Below, piece by piece: positions 37,777 through 52,300 of a DNA stretch of 64,000 bases. Source of the stretch: Sphyrna mokarran (taxonomy: Eukaryota); NCBI GenBank assembly GCA_024679065.1, contig JAGIQG010000016.1:12710001-12774000 (forward strand). The letters are read 5' to 3'. The first letter of the stretch is position 1, and the number at the start of each line of letters is the position of its first letter. The translations under genes and the position numbers were made by a program. The notes under the pieces are model-generated. The model was not told the DNA's origin, did not search any database, and saw nothing but the letters and a program-made list of their open reading frames with translations.

Positions 37777-40079
37777 GTGAGCCCGGTTACTCAAAAAAAA
37801 TGTTAATTGCTGTAACAAATTCTCACTTTAGAAAGGACTGATACCTTAGCTAGTTAAGATTATGCACATCACAAACTTGCTGAAGAAAATTGAAATCGCG
37901 AGATGTAAAAGGGTGCAATAAACTGTCAATGTTTCACACATCGGGTCATGTTCCCAGTGGAATGCAAGTAACCGATTCTAAACTCTCACTGCCTTCTGCA
38001 TTGTAATTCGATTGACACGTTTTGACAGACAGATTTTAGAAGCAATAATGACTGTTAGGAATGAAGGGCACTGTGAGACTTATTTTGAGATAAAGAATGG
38101 GAATCCTGATTTTTAAAAGCGAGATCCTGCTGCCAAGCATAACTAAGTTTTCTTCTGAGAAGCACATGCAATAAATGTTGTCAAAGGATGTATTCAACAA
38201 TCGAGTAAAAAAAAAAGTAGGGGTCCCGGACTGCATTCATGACAAGTTAGATTTAATTGGATGAATCGGATGAAAAAAGTCTTTCTAAATACTTGATTTG
38301 CATTTGAACAATTTTGTACACAATTATTTATCATGCTTCAATGATTGGAGAATTTCAATTTAAATAAATTGGCGTCAGACTTCCAGTTCCGAACTGAATG
38401 TCAAGTGTTGCTATTGGTTCAAGGCGTAATGAACTCTAGATATCTGGAACGATATAACACTGCGCATACGTCCTTGTGAAGAATGGCTGGCTATTGGACT
38501 GGTGTAACATAACACATGCATTTGAGTTATTGCACGTTTTTTGCAGGAGATATAGCAAAAAACAAGAGTAATAAAAATCAAAGGTGCTTGCCAAAGGAAA
38601 AAAAAATCAAGGGAAAAAAATATATACTTTATTTTATGGCACAGTTGAAACAATTTTGAGATTCGCGAGTAATACGCCTGGAATATTAAGGCTATTTAAG
38701 TGAGGAATCGATAAAAAAAAAATGAAACATTTTAATGATCTTTTCAAAACATAACTGGATCGGATCACTCATCCTTATCTTGTCTATCCACCTTACGAAT
38801 TAAATAATGTTTTGTGGATTTTGCAGCAATGAGATAACAGAACATGTCATGTATTGTAGGTCACGAGGAAGAAAGCAGTATTTTTTCTCGCTGGAAAATG
38901 ATAGATAAGTGGAGACACAAGCTTGCAATTTTAAAGTATGATGATATGTAGTGATAACTCATGAAGGGTTAAATTGTTCCAACCAGCTAAAGTCCCAAGG
39001 GCACATCGGCAGAGATTTAACGGTTTTTCATAAGAGATGTTTTTTTGTGAGAGAATGACAAACGATAAATTTCATTTTTGTTCACACAGACCTGGAACTG
39101 GCTCGCAAGTGCGTCGGTAAATTATTCTGTTATTTCAGTCCACATAATAATTTACCGAGGCAATTACTGTAACGAAACAAATGTCCGACGGGCGTTATAT
39201 AAATCTGAGTCTTCGAGGATCAGCTGTGGAAAAAAAAAGTGTAAATATATGTTGCAAATGACTGTCAGAATCTGCGTTATCCTTTCATGGTCTTTTACAA
39301 GGGACTTTTCATGAAACCACAATATAGTGCACCGTTCAATGTAAACAATCAGAAGCATTTGCCACCTCCCACTCCCCATCCCTGACATAGAGTTGTCTGT
39401 CCTCTTCAGACGCAATAATGTGCTGCAAGATACAGTATTATCAGATCTGTAACTGCCATATTAATTCTTTCCAAAGGGGCCAAACTCTGATGAAGCAAAT
39501 ATAATCGGTTGAAATGTGTTCCTGACGCTCACAATCTAATAATTATGAAGGAGGACACAACAAAACCATGAATATAATGAAATAATAATAATAATAAAAT
39601 AAATAATAACGAAAATTGAATAAACCACGAACCTGAAACAAATCATGAATATAAATACGATTTGGGTGACATTTCTTCAAATCGCTAAGTGAACCTGATT
39701 GGAGCATTTTCCCGAAAAGACCACTATTATTGCTGCAATATGGTCTGCACATGTTGTCATCGCCTTGCAATACAAACGTTTTTAGAAGATTAATCTGAGT
39801 ATTCGTGTTGAAATGATTTTGCAGCACCGTTGGAGGAATTAAACTTCATTTTTGTTAGTTCCTGAATGGAATGTACTGTTTAGTCCTGGACGCATTTTTC
39901 GTGTAATTTTCGGGGCCTAGCTTATAAAGTTTAAGATTATTTATTAGTGTCACATGTCGTATTGCATTAACCCTGCAATGCAGTTATTGTGGAAAGTATA
40001 AGTTATTCTAAAGTTCAGGCTTCATTTTGGTGCGGCTAAGTGCAGTTATTCGTCGAAGTGTTCTCGGTGACAAATCACA

Positions 40080-40300
40080 CTCTTCATGCAACAGAGCCAA
40101 AAAAAACAAGCAATGCAATTGACTAATTGGGGCACAATTTGTTAAAGTAATGGGGGCATGGAATTTCAGGTTTACTTTTAAAGCATTGCACGCCTGCATA
40201 CTTCTTTCCGAATGTGAAGGGGAGTACGGACCTCTGCATATCCAGCAAGCATCATGCTGAATTGATGAATAGGCTGTTGGGTCCCTGTCTTATATGTTCT
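40080..40300 (+). mobile_element. Degenerate CR1 3' tail
   Basis: 'catcatgctgaattgatgaataggctgttgggtccctgtcttatatgttct' resembles the HER1-like tail. Confidence 0.4.
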
Positions 40301-40636
40301 GTCCAAATGTTATCATGTCATGCAAATTCGTTTATATCACTGGAAAACCATAGAAGTATTTAAATCGCCTGGAATAATGGATTATCTTCTCTCATGCCAT
40401 ACATTGACTTATTTCTTCTCTTCCATGTAAACAGTTCTTTATACGGGAAATAATTGGATTGCATATGGAGGCAGTAGACATACAAGTTGATGATTTATTA
40501 ACTTGTTGAGTGAAGTGGAGTATTGTAATCACCTGCATGCATTCACCCTCCCAACCTCAAAGTGATGCAGTGAAAATGACAAGGGGAACAGATATATTCG
40601 AATACTAGCATATGCAAGTCCTTCCTACAATCCACA

Positions 40637-40791
40637 NNNNNNNNNNNNNNNNNNNNNNNNNNNNNNNNNNNNNNNNNNNNNNNNNNNNNNNNNNNNNNNN
40701 NNNNNNNNNNNNNNNNNNNNNNNNNNNNNNNNNNNNNNNNNNNNNNNNNNNNNNNNNNNNNNNNNNNNNNNNNNNNNNNNNNNNNNNNNNN
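40637..40791. other. Assembly gap (155 N)
   Basis: Run of N. Confidence 1.
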
Positions 40792-42356
40792 AATTAACAG
40801 TTATTTATGTCACACATTAATTGCTGTGCTGTGTATGATCAGTGACTCAAGCAGGAAATAAAAACCTAAATTAATTTACTTCATCACATTGCAAAAAAAA
40901 ACTTCATGAATTTAAGATGAATTTGAACAATCAAATGAGTACTAATGTACGTTGACGAATCAGTTGGTAATTGCATATGGGACGTTTTAAGCATTGCATT
41001 TTTGATCAAATGTGGAGGTCCATCTGTTAAGTTGTGTGTTCTCCTCCAACGTGGAAAGATACCTTAGCAAAGTGTATCCGAGGTCGTATTAAACATATTT
41101 TTTTTTTCTAAGGTGAATAAAAGTGAAGGGGGCAAGGGCAAGGGTCGGAGCAGAGAATATAAACAAATCTTCCTAATGATGCAAACAAACACTGAGGTAA
41201 TGAACGGCAAAACCGGCTGACCGTTCTGGAATACATCAGATTTTTTGAAATTTATTTCATCATAAACGTAAGGTATGCATCGGGTGGAGAAATATAACTT
41301 GATGACATTTCATCGGGAATGTTGTAAGATATCTAAAAATCAAGGTAGTTTTGCAAATACGTTTCTGCAAGTTTTTGGACACACAACTTCGTACTCTATG
41401 GGTGATTCTGTGCGAATCGAATAAAATAAATTGAAAATGGTATAGCAATGACTGCTAAAAGATGGGTATCCTGATTTTTTTATCCTCAACTTGCACAATA
41501 AGGAAATAAGTGGCGAAGCATGAGCAATGCCTTATATTAGAATGCCTGATCAGAGTACGCCAAACAGACCCAGGCATATTTTGAAGACAGTGCTGTTCAT
41601 ACATTCGGAAAGAAAATTTCAGCGGATGCCGAACATATAATGCACAGACGGAGTTATAATTCTTCCTACCCTAAATTAACCTGAAATTCTTACCCATAAC
41701 AAAAGAATTACAGCGATTTCCACATTTCATCATGAGTTATCCTGAATTATTTAGGCCCAGTGATAATTCTTTGATCCCAGCTCTGATAATAACTGACTTG
41801 AATCGGATCTTTTCTCCCCGGTGGACCTTCATAAGACGCTCTGTATGCCATCCAATATTGCAGAAAGAAATAAGGCAATTTCATGTTTGAAAAAAATGCA
41901 CGATTTAAGACATGTTTGTTTCAGAAGCATGTTCGTAAAATTTTCGAGCAACTGAAGGAAATCATTATTTGTTCACAATGGGTGTTTGCAAAATTCACTT
42001 CATTGATGATCGGTAAAATTTCGTGGACTGTACTCAGTGTACTTAAAGAAATGGCCCGAGAAATGAAAGATGCATTTGTATCTATCTTCGGGTTTCTATA
42101 AACCCTAGAGTAGTCCCTGCAGATTAAACATAATTGAACATAACTAAATAGTTTTAAATAAATTGTGATCACGTCAAAACAGAGAATGATTAACCAGTCA
42201 CACTAACATTGGTAGAAACGAAAATTCCAGACGTCGTTATCAAAGCATGTAAAGGAGAGCACGTAGAACAAAACGATAGAACTGAACAGAATCAGCATTG
42301 ATTTATATTTAAAAAAAAACAAACAAAAAAAATAATGCTTTAAATATATACTAAAA

Positions 42357-43390
42357 TTGATGGAAGAGAGATCTGATAGAGCTGATGAGAGGCAGCCAGT
42401 CGATTTTGCTGGCTTGGACATAAAACAGCGTTTCGATATTGTCACACCACAGGCATTGGTGTGTAAAGTTATGGAAGATTGGATTGAACCACAGTTGTTG
42501 ATCAGATATAATAATACTTCTGGTAAAGGACGTAAATGCAATACGTCCATATTTGTCCATATTGTCGAATTGGGTGGGATACTGAGGGAAATCTGGACAA
42601 GCTGAGTGCGAAAAAAAAATGCACGTGGAATATCAGACGAATAAATGTGAGGTTATTCAGTTTTGTAGCAAAAATTACGAATGATCAAAATATGATAAAT
42701 TAGGAAATGAGCATTCAACGAGACCTTACTTTTCTTTTTAACAATCCCTGAATGGATGCATTTGGGAAAGAATGCTAAAATATGTTCGCTTATGTTGAGA
42801 ACAGGTTTGAGTATAGGATCAGAGATATTCATCCTCTTGTTATACAGGGCCTTTCTGAGGCCACTCCTGGAATCTTTTGTGCCGTTCTGGTCTCCTTACT
42901 TCAGTAAAGATTTTCTCGTGAGTCGACCAAATGTCACCAGACTGATTCGTGTATAGCAAGACTGAAATATGACGACATGTTGAATTAGCTGGGATTTTGT
43001 TTGCTGTGATTCCAAAGGAAGGAGTCGTATCTCATAGAATTGTCTTGAAATTCAACATTAACGACACAAGCTAGACGAAGAGTGACAGGTGAGCATAATC
43101 AGACAGCAGAGTCTAAGGATATTGGGCAAATCATTTAATACTGTGACCAGGTTGCATTTATTCACTCAAAGACTGACGCACCTATGAAATTTGCTAATAT
43201 CGAAAGTTCCTGAGGACAACATAGTGTACATTTTCAGGATGGAGTTACATGTGGCCCTTTGGGCGAAAGGAATCACAAGAACTTGTGTAGTTGAATTATG
43301 CTAACGAATTGGATGATCCACCATGTTAATCACGAAACAACAGAGCAAGCTGGAACATGAAACGACCTTTTCTTGTTTAGAAGTAATGTG
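42357..43390 (+). mobile_element. Old, internally deleted CR1 LINE 3' fragment
   Basis: 'DERQPVDFAGLDIKQRFDIVTPQALVCKV' matches the 'VDVVYLDFQKAFDKVPH' motif, and 'LLYRAFLRPLLESFVPFWSPY' matches 'LY.ALVRP.LEYC.QFWSP'. Confidence 0.85.
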
Positions 43391-43779
43391 TTCATTAGTT
43401 TCTATATTGCCATCAAGCCTCGCTTAAGAGGAGAAAAAAAAACTCAATATAGATTTAAAAGCTTTGCGTTCTGTGCATTTGCATTTGATTTTTGAAGGGA
43501 ATTCGGATGGTAAACATCCAATCATATTATTTGAGTCAAGTATCTGACATCTGGATACACCCACTACAATGCCGCTTTGATTCCTGTATGTCTGCATCTA
43601 GGACCAAAGAACGTCAAATGTCTACAATTCAGGGAAGCCCATTCTGCCATCAGGATTGGACCTACTTTCTGAAAGAACATCAGAACCAAGACCAAACTTC
43701 ATCTTACCCTCATATCACTGCGCATTTACCTCACAAATCCCTTTAATCTAAGCACGCTGCAATATTAATGGGCTAGTTA

Positions 43780-43930
43780 CATGCCGAATCCATTTAAACT
43801 CCAGACATTGGATTGTGGGCGGAAACCAGAAACCGTGCATATTCCACAGAAAATATCACATAAGGTGAGAATTGAATCCTAGTCCCTGCTTCTTTGATAA
43901 CACGGTGCTTCCGTTCCACCTGGATGCCCG
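43780..43930 (-). mobile_element. Degenerate tRNA-derived SINE
   Basis: 'ttggattgtgggcggaaaccaga...gagaattgaatcctagtccctg' matches the antisense V core and B-box region. Confidence 0.55.
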
Positions 43931-44911
43931 AATCGCAACGCTGAAATATTTCGGGAGAGTTACATGAAATGCATTGCTTATTAACGTCAATTCTTTCATG
44001 CTGTTTTCATTTTCTAAATGTTTGAAAAAATCAACGCATTTCAGACAATGTTTAGATTCATAGAATTGTGACAGCACGAAATGCCGAATTCAACGCTGAG
44101 CTGCAAGTTATCTCCTTTCATCGACACCCAATTGAAAGCTCATTCCACGGCTGCATTGCGATATTCTCCCAGCTCAATACGAAAATAATTTGCGTTTTGC
44201 TTATCCCATCAGCAGGAATGAAATTTAAATCCATTTCTCTCCCTGTATGTTCACAGGGACTATCTCACCTCCTGTTGTTCTTCTTTCACTCCGGATGTAT
44301 ACTTCAATGAAGCGATGGAACTATAATCAAAACACCTTGGGAATTATTCCACTTCGTCAACTTTCATAACCTATTAAGATCTTGTTCTCCCGTAGGCCTA
44401 GAAATTGCCACAAAAATGTTTCATTGTATCCAGGAAAAATCGTTTGCTTTTTTCAACTTTGTCAACAATAAATCAGGAGCCAATACTGAAGTCAAAAAAA
44501 TATGTTTAGCAGTTCCAAAATCTTGCAGCCTCTCAATTGAAAGATTCAAATTGTACTAAATCCTCCAGGACATCTGTACCTCGGTTACGGTACACCATTC
44601 TGTTCTATTCTGATTTATTTAATACAATACAATACCACAGTGAATGGAGCAGAAAGCCATTACGCACTCCAACTATTCATAGTAAATCAATTTATTTACC
44701 GAGTTTGATCCATTAAGCTGATCCAATAAGAAAAAAAAAATTTTCCCATTTGTTGTCAACATTCCAAAATCATATCAAGGAATGTGAGCTATTTAGCAAT
44801 GAACTAATTTGTTGATCAATTCGGAGACGTTCACAAGAGGATAGTTCCTTTGCTGCTCTTCCCTAATTCAAATAAAATTAATTCGCTTTCAGAAGATGAG
44901 TTTCGTGCGAA

Positions 44912-45120
44912 CTGTGGTACAATCCTTAGCTTTGCCACCTCAATGTGCCAGGGGCCCAGCGACCATTTACGCACTGTCTTTGGGGATTCTGCACGTTTTC
45001 CCCTTGTCAGAGAGGAGTTCCTCCACGTCCTCTGATTTCCTCAAACAGTTCAAAAGACGTGAGGAATAGTTGCATTGGTCATGCCAGCATGCCCCTCAGT
45101 GTATGTGAACAGGAGCTGGA
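44912..45120 (+). mobile_element. Degenerate V-domain SINE
   Basis: Head 'ttagctttgccacctcaatgtgccaggggccc' and core 'ctgcacgttttccccttgtc...ttcctcaaacagttcaaaagacgtg...attggtcatgc'. Confidence 0.7.
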
Positions 45121-45959
45121 ATGTGGTGACGAGTGGATTTTCACAGTGACTTAATTGCAGTGTTAGGGCTACTTTAACACGAGTAAGTAAAAAAAAAACA
45201 AAATCGTGGCCAAGGCTAATGCCAAATTCCGTTCCTAAAATTTCAACCATCTTTGAGATTTTTTTCTCTCTCTGTTTCAACTTCTAATACAATGGACCAG
45301 AACAAATAACATCCCTAAACTATTACAAAATCACAACCCCGTGCTTTAGGGAGGTGGATGAATGGAATTTGAGCATTAATGTTTGTCGCACTGTAAGCAA
45401 AATAAACAAAATCATTGTAGCACTGAAATTGTAACTCTTTAAGTCTAACTTTCCTTTCACATTCCATGTTCGACAAATTGTTTCATTTGATTCTTGCATT
45501 GCATCGACGATGCAGTAAAATTGACCAACTTTATTTTTTTTTTCAAATTATGAATTTATGTTATATAAGTAAAGTTATGAAGAAGAATTAAATATGATTG
45601 AAATGCGTCAGTGTTGCTTGAAATCAGGTATGAATTCTGGCAATGCAGAAACAGTGACTGATTCACTCAGCATATATTATCACACAAGAACAAATTAAGA
45701 CTTCCAAAATTTTGCTTTATGTTCAATATATTAAACACCAGCCCTTATTTGCAATACATCAACGATAATCCGTTCCAATAGTAGATCGTAAAATAAACTT
45801 ATTTTGAAATGAACATATTTTGGTAAAGAGTACTGGAAACGCAGGTACATCTACGCCAGTGTGACAATGAGTATTCTCGGAACTCACAGTGTGCATGCAT
45901 TTCAAACAACATAGTATTGTTTATGTAAGAAAAGAGAGCATTCCGCACTGTTGCTTTGG

Positions 45960-46640
45960 ATAAGGTCCCCACATGTGAATCATGGTCAAATTCTTGCCTT
46001 TTCTCTTCCACTGCAAACCCTTTCGAATCAAAATAATCATCTATTATTTTGATGAAAGCTTCAATTGTATCTATGTCCACTATACGTCAATTCAGAGACT
46101 GGAAGGATTCACTGTTCTGGAACGATTTTTTTTCATAACTAATTTTCTAATATTGTAAGTCAACTTAAATCTTGAAGTTTCCATTTACCTATGCAATGAG
46201 GCGCCTCTTCATTTTCAAAACTTCGATAAGATCCACCAGTTGTCTTTTCCTCTGCACTGTGAAAATTCCCAAAGTATATTTGCAAATAGAGTGAATCATC
46301 TCACCACCTTGTCTGTAAATATATTCTAGAACCATTACTGTGCGTTCACATTTTTATTTCCGATGTTTGTCGACGAGAACTATATTCAGCACTCAGCTGA
46401 CCTATAAATGCTTTCCTGTGCAAGCTCAGCATAACATAATCACTGTTATACTTTGTGTTGTCATTAATAGTGCTGAGGATATATTATGTTTTATTAACAT
46501 TCCTTTGAAAATGTTTGGGCAACCGAATTAGCTGTGCATATCGAAGTCGATATCCCTGTACGCCTAGAGCCTCTCTACAAGTTTAGTCCTTATTGTATAT
46601 TCCAATTGCCTTTTTTCCCATCAGGATAAAACACCTGATA
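45960..46640 (-). mobile_element. Degenerate CR1 3' fragment
   Basis: ORF 45799-46080 begins 'DTIEAFIKIIDDYFDSKG', a CR1 ORF2 C-terminus. The upstream sequence is also CR1-like. Confidence 0.7.
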
Positions 46641-46919
46641 ATGGTCCTTCTTGAGCTTCATTTGCGTTAAATTTGCGCACGGGGCAAGTTTGTTTTTTAA
46701 ATGTTTTAAACGTTCTGCTCGACAATTCTCACTTTTTATATTATTTGAAATTTTCGAATCAACAAAGCACTTCGGAAGCGTCTATTATATTCCAATGTAT
46801 AGACCATTAACATATATCAGGACAAGTGATTCCCCCAATACAAACAGAAATGAACTTGACAACAAATCTACATGTAGCTGGCAAAACAAAATCACAAAAA
46901 CTGCCTTTCTTTTGCTTGA

Positions 46920-47297
46920 GTAAGAAGACTCACAACATCAGGTTAAAGTCTAACAAGCTTATTTGATGGTAAGCTTACTAGGTTTCGGGATTTGCCCCTT
47001 CGTCAGGTAAGTGGAGAGTTCTGGTCACAAGCAGAGCATATACAAGCACACACAGTTTACAGAATACTGAATAGAATGCCAGTCATTACATCTAATCAAT
47101 TCTTAAAAGTGCAGACAATGTGAGTGGAGATAGCATTAAGCATAGGTTAAAGATATGTGTATTGCCTGCAGACTGGACAGTAAGTGGGATGATGCAAGTC
47201 CGGGCAAGTTATAGGGGTTACTGGTAGTATGACATTAACCTAAGATCCCGTTTGAGGCCATCCTCATATGTGCGGAATTTGGTTATCAGTTTCTGCT
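46920..47297 (-). mobile_element. Penelope-like element 3' end (GIY-YIG C-terminus plus terminal repeat)
   Basis: Minus-strand translation 'QKLITKFRTYEDGLKRDLRLMSYYQ*' matches the 'E..LI..F.T...GLN.D' GIY-YIG end. It is followed by 'acctgacgaaggggcaaatcccgaaacctag' (ctga.ga...cgaaac motif) and 'cctgatgttgtgagtcttcttac'. Confidence 0.8.
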
Positions 47298-48699
47298 ATT
47301 TTACTAAACTGAGTCTTCTTTTCAGCATTTGTTTAAGTTTTCCAGTGCACAATTACGTTTCGTGAAAGATAGAAAGCAGATGTCAGTTGTTTTATTGCGT
47401 CCTGTTTCAACAAACGAGCACCAAGTTCCACGTCAAATGCGATGGCGATTGTTTTGGACCATTGTATATGATCCCGCGCTGCTGAAATAGATGCAATACT
47501 CGGAACATACTTTAAATTGTTAAAATTAGACTGACAGTTCTACTCCATCTGAACTCTCCATTCTTCATTATTAAATCTTTTAATGGATCAATTAAAGTAC
47601 AGACATTTGGCAAGGAAATGTTCTTTAGCATCCACAAATTAATACAATTCATAACATATTCTGGTGGGGATAACTGAATGGACTTTGACAATAGCACTTC
47701 AGTTTCATCCTCTGCGCCCTTTTGATCATGATCAACAGTGCTACTTAAATTGGTGGATTTGAATGTTGCTTTTTTGCGAATTGCTTCTTTTTGAAATGCT
47801 TCACTCTTGAAAACTGCATTAATTTAACTATACTAATGTCTTGACTTTGTGTAATTTTTGCAATTTTTCACGTTACATCTGGTTGTCTACTTTTCACGAT
47901 AGACAATCTTCTATCAAAGTGACTTCTACAAAACATGGACATTCATGCATTAATGCAATTCATTTTCAAAGTGTTTTGAGGTCTCACATTTCTGCTATTT
48001 GTTAAGATCCCAGTTTATCATTGCAATTTTGGCAAATTAGATGAACTGAATGGATTTTTTTTCTCTAAGTCACTTCCACATTTTTCTGCAGGACATCATA
48101 ATATGACATTTTATATATATGGCCATTTCCATGAAGTTAGATGAACCACACCGTCTTGTCTTTTTTTTTTTTGCTTTTATTCAATGTAAAGTTTGACAAA
48201 TGGCATCCACATTCTTCTGCCTAAATTGTCGTGATAAGGAATGTGATTGATTACTATATGACCAGTTAAGAAATGTCTTGGTATGGATACATGTCGAACA
48301 CATTGTGTTTTTCAATATTTGCAGAAACTACATAAATTCTATGACATTATTTCTTAATTTGATAAATTATACCGGTTGTTTATTTGGCAATTCAAATGAA
48401 AAGGCAAAAACACAATGAGCTTCCTGGAGCAAAGCAACATGAACTGATTGCAACTCACTAACATGGCTTGCATATGGAAATTCAAAAGTTGTCTGATAAA
48501 CGCCATGCCAGAATTAACATCTTTTTTGTTTTAAATGTAATTGTATTACACCTTCCAGCATGCATTTTGAAAGTTCCGATACAGATGGGAAATATAGAGT
48601 TAATGGCAGATCCCTTCAGAGCAGTGATAGCCATAGGTATCTGGGTCCGCAGGTACACAGATCACTGAGCGTGACAAACATTTAGCGAATACAGATATA

Positions 48700-49325
48700 A
48701 ATGCATTCAGTAGCATTGCCTTGGTCACCAGGGGCACTGAGCTTGTAACTGGCAACCCGTGCCAAAAGCCTGAGTTAGGCCGCACTTGAAATGGCATGTT
48801 TACTTCATGTCACCCAAATACCAAAAAGATGTGAAGGCTTTGATGATGGTACAGAAATGATTACCAGAATGTTGTCTGGTATTGGGGGCATTAGCTCTGA
48901 AGACAGGATGGGAATAAATGTTTTTTCTTCTTACTGGGACAACAGAGGTTGAGGGGCGATCTGATAGATGTCTGCAAGATTATTAGCGGCATGGGCAGAG
49001 TGGATCGTCACGAGCATTTTGTTTCCAGCATGGAAGAATCAATTATCAGGGTGAATAGAATTAGAGTGCAATGGACAACGTTTAAAAGAGGTGTATTATA
49101 ACAATGTCTTTTTTTTACACATGGAGTAATGAGGACCGGAAACTCACTGCATGGGAACGTAGTGTAGCCACGTAAGATGGTGACAATTAAGGGATGCATT
49201 GATAGATACATTAATGGGATAGGAATACACAACACTAATCCCCAAATGAGTAATGGAGATTAGTTCGGACAGGCAGATTGAGCGGCAAGGCTTGAAGCAC
49301 CAATTCTGTGCCGTAATTTTCTTTT
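48700..49325 (+). mobile_element. CR1 LINE 3' fragment with tail
   Basis: 'gttaggccgcacttga...gtacagaaatgattaccagaatgttgtctgg...gaggttgaggggcgatctgatagatgtctgcaagattat', then 'ttttttacacatggagtaat' and a tail-like end. Confidence 0.85.
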
Positions 49326-52300
49326 TTTTTGTCCACTGCTCCTTTATAATCCACAAAAGTTCTTCTTGACTTTGATTTAATTATTTCCTCCGTCCGGTTT
49401 GATTGATCCTCTGATTTTTGACTACATATCAATTGAAACAGTCTAAAGCTGGTTGACATTTTTTTCTTATTATTTGAAAAGGAAAGTCTGCCAAATCCCA
49501 ATCACTTATCATTCAAAATTTGTAACTACCAGGTGTAAGAGATACAATTGTGTGGAAAGGTAGTGATGTTACATTATGATGGTTGCCATGAAAATCCATA
49601 ATCTGTTGCAAGAATTAATAAACGTAATGAAGGTTACTCAATGGTGCAATTCATTATTTCATAAATATGAAACCGAGTTGTGTGCAGTGAATATTTACAT
49701 AAAAGGATTCTGGCACCATTAGGTGTGTAGTTAGTAACGTTAGAATACCAAATTGGAAATTATTAGGACAATTTAAAATAATTTGAAATCATTTTTACTT
49801 TGCAATACATATTTTATGTTCAAGCATCTTTATCATCAATTGCTTGCAGCTGAAACCCAGTGTCAACACAGACACATGCTTCCACAGTTTAATGATTTAA
49901 ATATCATTACTTCCTTTCTGCCTTCAACGTCTTTTTTAAACTAATGTGATGCCAATTCCACCTTTCCAAGAGTAGTCGAGAAGTTACAATGAAGAAAATG
50001 CAGCGGATGTTCTTGTTAGAATAGGTCAATATATTCAAAGCAACCAGTCCATCAATGTTTATCTCAATGTAGATAAGAGAAAATGGAATAGTCCAGAACA
50101 AACATCATCCTGACAATACGAAATATTTTGATGGACCAATGTACAATTCAGTGAAGAGTTCCATGTGTTAGCTCTTTTAGAGCTATCGCAAGCTACTGGG
50201 ACAGAGAAAGAGTTTGCTATATAATACCATGCAAAATTTGTACACTTTTTCTAAGAAGCAGGAGGTAGATACTACATAGCAGCCTGTAAGACTGTTATAG
50301 GTGGCAGAAGAAATAAGAATGTAGAACCCGTGTATGGAGTATGTCAATACTCAAACTTCCCTCAACAACAAAAAGAAACTTCTCGAGAATCAATTCACTG
50401 TCCTACTTTCCTTATTGTTTGCGAAAAGCTGAGTATTTTCTGGATCACTTTATTTATATCATCGAACCTGCTTTGTAAATTTGCATTTTTCTTTTCGAAT
50501 CACCCAAATCTGTTGAAATTAGTGCATGAATTCTAAATGATCATAATATCATGTCCATTGTTGAACACTGACACTGAACCAGACGGATGGCAGACAGAAT
50601 AAAGCCTTTTGGCTCGTGTAAGAATGGTATCTCCTATGTCTTTGGAAGATTCATATGATAAGTGCTGATACAAATTTGTTTATTTAAAACTTAACATGGA
50701 ATGTTTTATGCATTAATACATGATCTGTATTTCAGAGAAATTGTAAACAATGCAGATTTTTATTGTTTTAGAACGGTTTGCTACGTGATATTAATTTGGA
50801 CTTGCGATACGATCTTAACCATAGAGTTGGAAAGACCCTTGCAGACAGAAGGTGCTAACATATGTAATTGTGTGAATCAAAAAGAAAATATTGCCAATGC
50901 CGGAATCCGAAACAAATACTGAAAATTGCTGAAATATCTCAATAGCATCCGTGGTTTGAGTATTTAAGTATTTGCGTACGTTTGTCAGCGATACATTGGT
51001 AGAGTTAGTCGTCAGCTGAACTATTTAGGTGAGAGAATAGGTACATATCGGTCCTGATTTTACCACTAAGTGATACCTGTTTTTGCAAGCGAAAACATGT
51101 TTAAGGCGAGCGTGAGGCGAGTAGCACCATCCTCTTTGAGACAAATCTCAAAAAAGTAGCCACCGATGGTTGGGGGAAACCTTTAATGATGATAAGGTGT
51201 TTAAATTAAAAGCCCTAATATAAAACTTGTGAACACTAAACATTAAGTTGGAAAAAAAAGGTATATTGTGTCCATCGCCCATGCAACAATGTGCAACCAC
51301 AACATCCTAACTTGGCTTACCAGTACGTCTCGGTGTCTCCCAAAAATGCACACCAGACGAGGTAGGGCCAGGTGCTCTGTTTCTTGTGATGTGCATAGCA
51401 GCGTCCTCTGAAGGCCCTGCAACTTGAGGGCCCTGACGGTTTTATAGGATCTGACGTTTCCATGACACTCTCTTAATCCTGCTGTCCTGGAGATGTGCCG
51501 ATGTTGGGAGCGGGGTTTCACAACGTGTAGTCACAGCCACAGTCTCTCGAATGAAGGCATGCGTTCCAGTCCTTCCTGCTCGCTGGATCACTCAATGGGA
51601 CAGTAGTGCTTCTGCAGTGAGATGCCATTGGTGTCACCATTTCCTGCCTGTCTGGGTGGGCCACCTGAGCCCTATCTATGGTGGTGGAGCCCTCTGCGAT
51701 GGTCAGTTGAGTGGGACCAAATGCCACACTCTGCAGCATAATAAAAATAACCATTGTGCGACTGGTTTGTTTTTTCACGGCCTGCTTCCATAGCTCGCTG
51801 TGTCTCAGTGCTGCCCTTTAGGTCTTTGCAACTCTGCAGTCATGGTCATCATGGTCATCTGTGAATGGACCATACCTTCAAGTGCTGAAGCCATAACTCG
51901 TTTTGCCTCAGCACTGTCCCACTGGATATGCATAAAGTTCTTGAGGCTTTCTGCCATGGGCTGCAGAATTCGTGAAGCCTTTCCTGTCCTGTCCTCAGCA
52001 ATGGCCCACTGTGGCTCTGCCATGATTGTCAGGGACTCTCCGGTGGCCCGCTGTGGCTTGACGATCACTTTGAGGTGCCATCTGATATAAACCCTCATCT
52101 CAACGCTTCTGGAGACCATATGCCTCTTTTCCTATCACATTCACGTAACTGTAAAGACACCGCCTATAGTTCAATCTCATATTTCTCTCCAGGACTTCCC
52201 CCGCAACGAGTTCAAGGCACAAACTGCGCAAATGTATATGTCTCGTACATCTCATTTAACACCCCCCCCCCACCACCACCACCACCACTACCACCACCGC

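Noticed and set aside
45885-45915. V(D)J recombination signal (CACAGTG heptamer)
   Set aside because: The 9-mer after a 12-bp spacer (aaacaacat) matches ACAAAAACC poorly. The other heptamers I checked also lack nonamers and adjacent V/J segments.
51280-51400. Harbinger DDE transposase fragment ('MCNHNIL')
   Set aside because: Similarity to the 'VCD...I..V.A..PGS.HD' motif is too weak to call.
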